This document shows positions 39,895 to 43,722 of a stretch of 43,722 nucleotides of DNA, piece after piece. The stretch comes from a virus. The DNA lies in IMG/VR virus record IMGVR_UViG_3300047316_000096, positions 1 through 43,722 of that record; one strand, given 5' to 3'. Every line of letters starts with the position of its first letter. The first letter of the stretch is position 1. The notes below the pieces were generated by a model. That model was not told where the DNA came from and did no database searches. It saw only the letters and a program-made list of their open reading frames with translations. The position numbers were made by a program, and so were the translations under genes.

Positions 39895-40458
39895 ATGACC
39901 AAACAGCAGATCATAAATTGCCTGCGCAAGTACCGCTACGACCCCGCACACCGCTGGGGCAAGCAGGGCTGCACGGTCGCGAACATCTGCGCGCTGGCGA
40001 ACGCGCATCGGAGCGAGGTCAAGGACTTGCGCGATTACGGTGTCAGCCGCGGGCCGCGCTTCCTGGAGCGGATCGGACGCGCGATCGAGATGATCGAGAA
40101 CGGCGAGGTTAAATTCATCAATAATTTCGGCAAGGGGCCGATGGAGGGTAGCCGCAAGCTCAAGACCGACGAGCCGCTGTGGACGATCGAGTGGGTCAAT
40201 GTGCCGAAGAGGCGCCCGCCGCCGCTCGAAAAAATCCACCGCGCGGAGGCCCATGCCAGTTGGGCGCGCTGCCGGACCTGTCAGGGCGACAAGTGGACGG
40301 CGGTTGTAATGAATCGGGCTCCGTACTACGTTTGCGACAAATGCGTGGGGCCAGTTCATTGGCCCGGCATTGGAGCAAAGAGGGCCGATGCTGAGCAGAG
40401 ATTGGAGATGTTTGAACAGAACGTGCGGGAGAGTGTTTCACAGCTTCGAGAAGGCTAA
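39895..40458 (+). CDS. Hypothetical protein with C-terminal zinc ribbon (187 aa)
   Basis: CRTCQG...CDKC read directly. Confidence 0.5.
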   Translation: MTKQQIINCLRKYRYDPAHRWGKQGCTVANICALANAHRSEVKDLRDYGVSRGPRFLERIGRAIEMIENGEVKFINNFGKGPMEGSRKLKTDEPLWTIEWVNVPKRRPPPLEKIHRAEAHASWARCRTCQGDKWTAVVMNRAPYYVCDKCVGPVHWPGIGAKRADAEQRLEMFEQNVRESVSQLREG

Positions 40459-40846
40459 CCCTCCTTGCACATATTGCGGCTGTGTCAAGGTCGCGTGGGT
40501 TCCCGGCGGCGGCCATGTCGCCAAACTGGCCCCCTCGGCTGACGCGACGCTGAAATCGCTGGCCCGCGACTACGGAATGTCCAATATAAACAGCGCGTCG
40601 CAGTCTCGGCTCGGCCGCGCGATGCCGAAATACCAGCAGCCGAAAGCCGACATGCCGGTCAAGCACTTTGCGCCGGGATTCTCGGCGCCGTCGTCCAGCG
40701 CGGGCGCGACGTGCCAGGAGACGGAAGCGGTCGGAAATTCCGTCAACGGCAAGGTAACGGTCAACCGCACCCTGCCGTCGTCGCGCTCGGTGCCCGGCCC
40801 CCAGGCGTGGACCGACATCGCCGGCAGGCACGCGGGGAGGCCATGA
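40388..40846 (+). CDS. Hypothetical protein with N-terminal zinc ribbon (about 152 aa), overlapping the previous gene out of frame
   Basis: CLNRTC...CTYCGC. The first Cys pair lies inside the overlap, so the start must be at ATG 40388 or 40370. Confidence 0.45.
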   Translation: MLSRDWRCLNRTCGRVFHSFEKANPPCTYCGCVKVAWVPGGGHVAKLAPSADATLKSLARDYGMSNINSASQSRLGRAMPKYQQPKADMPVKHFAPGFSAPSSSAGATCQETEAVGNSVNGKVTVNRTLPSSRSVPGPQAWTDIAGRHAGRP

Positions 40847-41085
40847 TGCGGGTGATTATTATCAGCGATGGCGAGCGCCACTATCCGGCTGAGCTGATAG
40901 GCGACACCGACAAGGCGATGGTGTTGCCGGCACAATCCTTCAAAAGGCCGAAGTATGCCCGGAGAAACGCTCGGAGATCGTTTGGCGCGGGCAATCTGGT
41001 GGTGGGGAAGTGGAAAGTCACGTTGCCGCGAGGGCAGGCGAGGCTTGAACCGGGACACCTCGTCACGGTCGAGCGTGCCGCATGA
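40843..41085 (+). CDS. Hypothetical protein (80 aa)
   Basis: ATGA overlap with the upstream stop. GGGGAGG lies upstream. Confidence 0.45.
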   Translation: MMRVIIISDGERHYPAELIGDTDKAMVLPAQSFKRPKYARRNARRSFGAGNLVVGKWKVTLPRGQARLEPGHLVTVERAA

Positions 41086-41285
41086 CCGAAGTCATCAAAT
41101 GGCAGCCGATGGAGACCGCGCCGCACGACAATGGAAGAATCCTTGTCGTGTGGAATCGGAGCGTGGAGCCGGCGTTCTGGAACACCAGCGAGTCCAACTG
41201 GCAGGAGTGGCCAGACGGCGATTTTGCGGTCGATCCGTCAGATATTACGCTTTGGGCTCCGTGGCCGAAGGTGCCTAAGAAATGA
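41082..41285 (+). CDS. DUF551-like small phage protein (67 aa)
   Basis: WQPMETAPHDNGRILVVW...ITLWAPWPKVP matches the W..m...P......vlv...W.plP pattern of DUF551-type proteins. Confidence 0.5.
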   Translation: MTEVIKWQPMETAPHDNGRILVVWNRSVEPAFWNTSESNWQEWPDGDFAVDPSDITLWAPWPKVPKK

Positions 41286-43018
41286 TCTTTCCGACCAAAG
41301 AGGAAGACCTTGAAAAACGTGTCAAACGGATCATCGACACCTGCACCGCCACGCGCGACGACCGATCTCAGCTTTACCAGCGCCGTGAGCGCTACTTTCT
41401 ATTCGGGACGGATTCCCGAGATCAGGTTCGCTATAACAGACTTGAGTCGCATATCGACCTCGTGGCCGCATTCCTATACGCTCCCGATCATGCTTTCTAC
41501 AACATCGCCGCCGACCGCAACGCTGACGATGCTGTTGTTAAGCAGGCGATTGCTTTGCAGGACGAGTGGAACGACGATTTCCAAGACGACGGACTGAGCG
41601 ATCTAGTCGCCGAGGCAATACCGTGGTCGCTCGTCTACGACTCCATGATCATCAAGCAGGGCTGGAACGACAGCAAAAAAACCCAATACGCCAAGCTCAT
41701 CCCGCCGCAGAATTTTGGCGTCTTCAACGAGTCGATTGCCGACCTCAACAGTCAATCGGCATTCACCGAAACGTATTTCCTGGAATGGAGTGAAGCTGCT
41801 CAGAGGCTCATTCGGGCCGGCCGCGGGTCCGACCTCCCTCGAATCTCGGTGGAAAACCGGCCCTTCGTCAGCCCATTTCCTGAACTCCTCAACCGGATGA
41901 TCATCTCCGCCACCGGCGGATCGAACCTCAGCGGCAACGTCATGGGATCGGTCAATCCGAACTACACGCCGCTCGCCGACTACCAGCCCAAGGTGGACAC
42001 GTCGATGGTCCGCTTCACCGAGTTGTGGGCGTGGGACGACGAGGCGGACGACTATCGAATCTTCATCATGTGCGAACCCGACATCCTGATCAGCGATTCT
42101 AAGAAGCTGATCGATGCCAAACTTGCCGCCGGCGGCGATAAGATCAAAGCGCTGTTGCAAAAGCAGCAACTCACGTCAACGAATGAATTTTTGCCCAAGG
42201 ACCACCCGTTCACGGTGATCCGGCCCTATACGAAATACAACTATTTCTGGGGAATCGCTCACCTGGACTCCCTGATGCCGCTCCAAGACTGGATGAACGA
42301 ACGTCTTGAGCAGATCGCCGACATCCTGGAGCGACAGGCATACCCGCCAAAGGTGGGCTCAGGCTTCCTCGGGCTGACGGACGAGAAAATGGAGGCATTC
42401 GGTGGAGCCGACACCTACCTCTTCGACCAGATGCCGCAAGCCAAAGTTGAGGAACTGCACCCCCAGATGCCTCCGGACCTATTCGCTGATTTCAACCAGA
42501 TCAACAACCTTTTCCTCGAAGCTTCAGGACTTACAGAGGTGCTGTCCGGACGGGGCGAACAGGGGGTGCGTTCTCGGCAACATGCTCAGGAGTTGCGTAA
42601 AACAGGCGGCGGACGCATCAAGCGGACAGCGCTGAAGCTAGAGCAGTCGCTTGTCCGGATAGGTGACGTCGGCTTGAAGCTGAAAATGAAGAACGACGAC
42701 ACCCCGATCATCCCGGAGCCCGACGAGAAGGGCAAGGCGGAGCCGTTCCTGCCCATACAAATCGCAACCGACATCCACATGAGGATCGAAGGGCACAGCC
42801 ACTCCCCGCTGTTCGGTGACGAGTCGAAAGAGATAGCCATGTTGATGAAGAAGGCCGGCGCCATCAACAATGAACTCTTCGTCCGGATGCTCAACCCTCC
42901 CAACCGAGACAACATCATTCACGCGCAGCGGCTAGAGCAGCGCCAGAAGGCCCGCATGATGAAGGAGCACCCGGAGCTCATGCAACAGGCGCTTGCCGGG
43001 GGCCGCAAGAAGCGGTAG
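41282..43018 (+). CDS. Portal protein
   Basis: 578 aa, downstream of the terminase and upstream of the scaffold and capsid genes. Size and order are typical of podovirus head-tail connectors. Confidence 0.7.
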   Translation: MIFPTKEEDLEKRVKRIIDTCTATRDDRSQLYQRRERYFLFGTDSRDQVRYNRLESHIDLVAAFLYAPDHAFYNIAADRNADDAVVKQAIALQDEWNDDFQDDGLSDLVAEAIPWSLVYDSMIIKQGWNDSKKTQYAKLIPPQNFGVFNESIADLNSQSAFTETYFLEWSEAAQRLIRAGRGSDLPRISVENRPFVSPFPELLNRMIISATGGSNLSGNVMGSVNPNYTPLADYQPKVDTSMVRFTELWAWDDEADDYRIFIMCEPDILISDSKKLIDAKLAAGGDKIKALLQKQQLTSTNEFLPKDHPFTVIRPYTKYNYFWGIAHLDSLMPLQDWMNERLEQIADILERQAYPPKVGSGFLGLTDEKMEAFGGADTYLFDQMPQAKVEELHPQMPPDLFADFNQINNLFLEASGLTEVLSGRGEQGVRSRQHAQELRKTGGGRIKRTALKLEQSLVRIGDVGLKLKMKNDDTPIIPEPDEKGKAEPFLPIQIATDIHMRIEGHSHSPLFGDESKEIAMLMKKAGAINNELFVRMLNPPNRDNIIHAQRLEQRQKARMMKEHPELMQQALAGGRKKR

Positions 43019-43028
43019 CCTTGGCCTC

Positions 43029-43139
43029 GGCCGTCGACTCTTCTACCGATCGAAGCGGCTCATGTAGCGTCTGTAGCCGGCCTTTAACGGGGTGTGATCG
43101 GGTGCGGAAAACGCGCTCTTCCTTTGAGAGTCGACGGCC
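43029..43139 (+). other. Long-range inverted repeat (13-bp perfect arms, 85-nt spacer with nested pairings): candidate structured RNA or processing site
   Basis: ggccgtcgactct (43029-43041) and agagtcgacggcc (43127-43139) are exact reverse complements. Inner complementary segments are ccgatc/gatcgg and cggct/agccg. Confidence 0.5.
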
Positions 43140-43186
43140 CCTCAGACCGCCGCAATCCCGCGGAAGGGCAAAATAGGAGGCAGACA

Positions 43187-43228
43187 ATGGCACGTAAACG
43201 TCGTCGTCATCGGCGCGGGCGCCGGTAA
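43187..43228 (+). CDS. Arg-rich micro-ORF (13 codons: MARKRRRHRRGRR)
   Basis: Perfect AGGAGG (43175-43180) lies 6 nt before ATG 43187, with TAA at 43226-43228. It sits between the structured repeat and the terminator. It could be a regulatory or leader ORF rather than a stable product. Confidence 0.35.
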   Translation: MARKRRRHRRGRR

Positions 43229-43268
43229 ACCACAAATTTCGCTGTTCATAGGAGAGCATGCCCTGACT

Positions 43269-43302
43269 AGCCCCGCGCTTGCTACCGCGGGGCTTTTTTA
43301 TT
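43269..43302 (+). terminator. Rho-independent terminator
   Basis: agccccgcg - cttgctac - cgcggggct followed by ttttttatt. A 9-bp GC-rich stem plus a U-run, read directly. Confidence 0.8.
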
Positions 43303-43337
43303 GACCTCGCCCGTTATTGCGAATAACTGTTCATTCC

Positions 43338-43722
43338 ATGCCTATCCCTGGGATGCCAATGGCTGGTGGTGGCGGCGGGCCGATGCCCATGCCGGGCGGC
43401 CCGCCGAAGTCTCCACTCGGCGGACTAGGAGGACCGGGCGGAAGCCCCATGGTTTCCCCGGGCGGCGGCGCCGGCAACCTCGCAAACGCAATGACCGGCG
43501 TGAAGACGTGCCACACGTCGTTGACGGGCTACCTCAGTGCTTTCCCGGCCGGCTCCAAAGAACAGCAAGCCTTGTTCAGAGCTTTGGCCGCGCTCAACAC
43601 CATCGTAAAGGACGCTCCGCCCGAAACCTCCGGGGCCGCAAAGCGCCAAATGCTCCAGCAGGGCGCAAGCGTTGGTGGCCCACTTGCGGGAGCCCCACCG
43701 CCCGGTGTAGCATCCGCGCCAC
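43338..43722 (+). CDS. 5' part of the Met/Pro/Gly-rich protein gene (continues at 128..180 after collapsing the terminal overlap)
   Basis: ATG 43338 is open to the window end. The N-terminus is MPIPGMPMAGGGGGPMPMPGGPP. It is the first gene after the terminator and has no obvious Shine-Dalgarno sequence. Confidence 0.6.
   Translation, partial: MPIPGMPMAGGGGGPMPMPGGPPKSPLGGLGGPGGSPMVSPGGGAGNLANAMTGVKTCHTSLTGYLSAFPAGSKEQQALFRALAALNTIVKDAPPETSGAAKRQMLQQGASVGGPLAGAPPPGVASAP
43596..43722. repeat. Terminal direct repeat, copy 2 (identical to 1..127)
   Basis: Read directly. Confidence 0.95.

Noticed and set aside
38812-40359. 515-aa minus-strand ORF antisense to the terminase gene
   Set aside because: It is a shadow ORF, since the sense strand encodes clear terminase ATPase and nuclease motifs. 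The antisense product is Arg/His/Leu-rich low complexity.
39895-40846. Programmed ribosomal frameshift joining 39895..40458 and 40370..40846
   Set aside because: The second frame is +1 relative to the first. No slippery heptamer was seen in the overlap. In-frame ATGs (40370, 40388) upstream of the zinc-ribbon motif explain independent initiation.
1-43722. tRNA genes, integrase/attP, reverse transcriptase/DGR, CRISPR, transposase
   Set aside because: I scanned by eye for T-loop-like GGTTCGAATCC motifs, tyrosine or serine recombinase-sized ORFs, YxDD motifs and repeat-spacer arrays, and recognised none. A proper tRNAscan or profile search is needed to be certain.

Overview
The window appears to be one complete, circularly closed phage genome. 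Bases 1-127 are identical to 43596-43722, so the unique length is about 43,595 bp. GC content is high and gene packing is tight, with many ATGA/GTGA/TGATG stop-start overlaps. All product names come from motifs and gene order read by eye; no homology search was run.

The layout looks podovirus-like, with no tape measure, tail tube or sheath genes.

- Plus-strand block (36.6 kb, through the junction, to 28.3 kb): small regulators, large terminase, portal, scaffold-like protein, major capsid protein, adaptor-like and nozzle-like proteins, four large probable internal/ejection proteins, fibre-like proteins, lysis cassette.
- Leftward operon 28.4-31.8 kb: Sak4-like ATPase, PD-(D/E)XK exonuclease and two unusual repeat proteins.
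- Rightward island 31.9-34.0 kb: HTH/HNH-like protein, winged-helix regulator, RusA.
- Leftward operon 34.1-35.85 kb: small proteins and micro-ORFs.
- No integrase, DNA polymerase, RNA polymerase, tRNA, CRISPR array or reverse transcriptase was recognised.

Most unusual observations:
1. Two tandem paralogous genes encode almost pure (Gly-X)n dipeptide repeats (X = D/S/Y/F only), translationally coupled to the recombination genes.
2. An enzyme island inside the virion module holds two paralogous GT-A glycosyltransferases and a B12-binding radical SAM enzyme, with a separate GNAT further on.
3. Two very large Gly/Ala-rich low-complexity proteins share a conserved motif and a Q-rich C-terminal domain.
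4. Three consecutive late genes carry canonical Sec signal peptides, including a large glycoside-hydrolase-like protein.
5. Small ORF cassettes sit exactly at gene junctions and are flanked by 12- and 16-nt direct duplications of the junction.
6. A structured inverted repeat, a 13-codon Arg-rich micro-ORF and the only canonical terminator lie after the portal gene.
7. A roughly 0.55 kb non-coding region has clustered palindromes and a sharp C-rich to G/T-rich switch.
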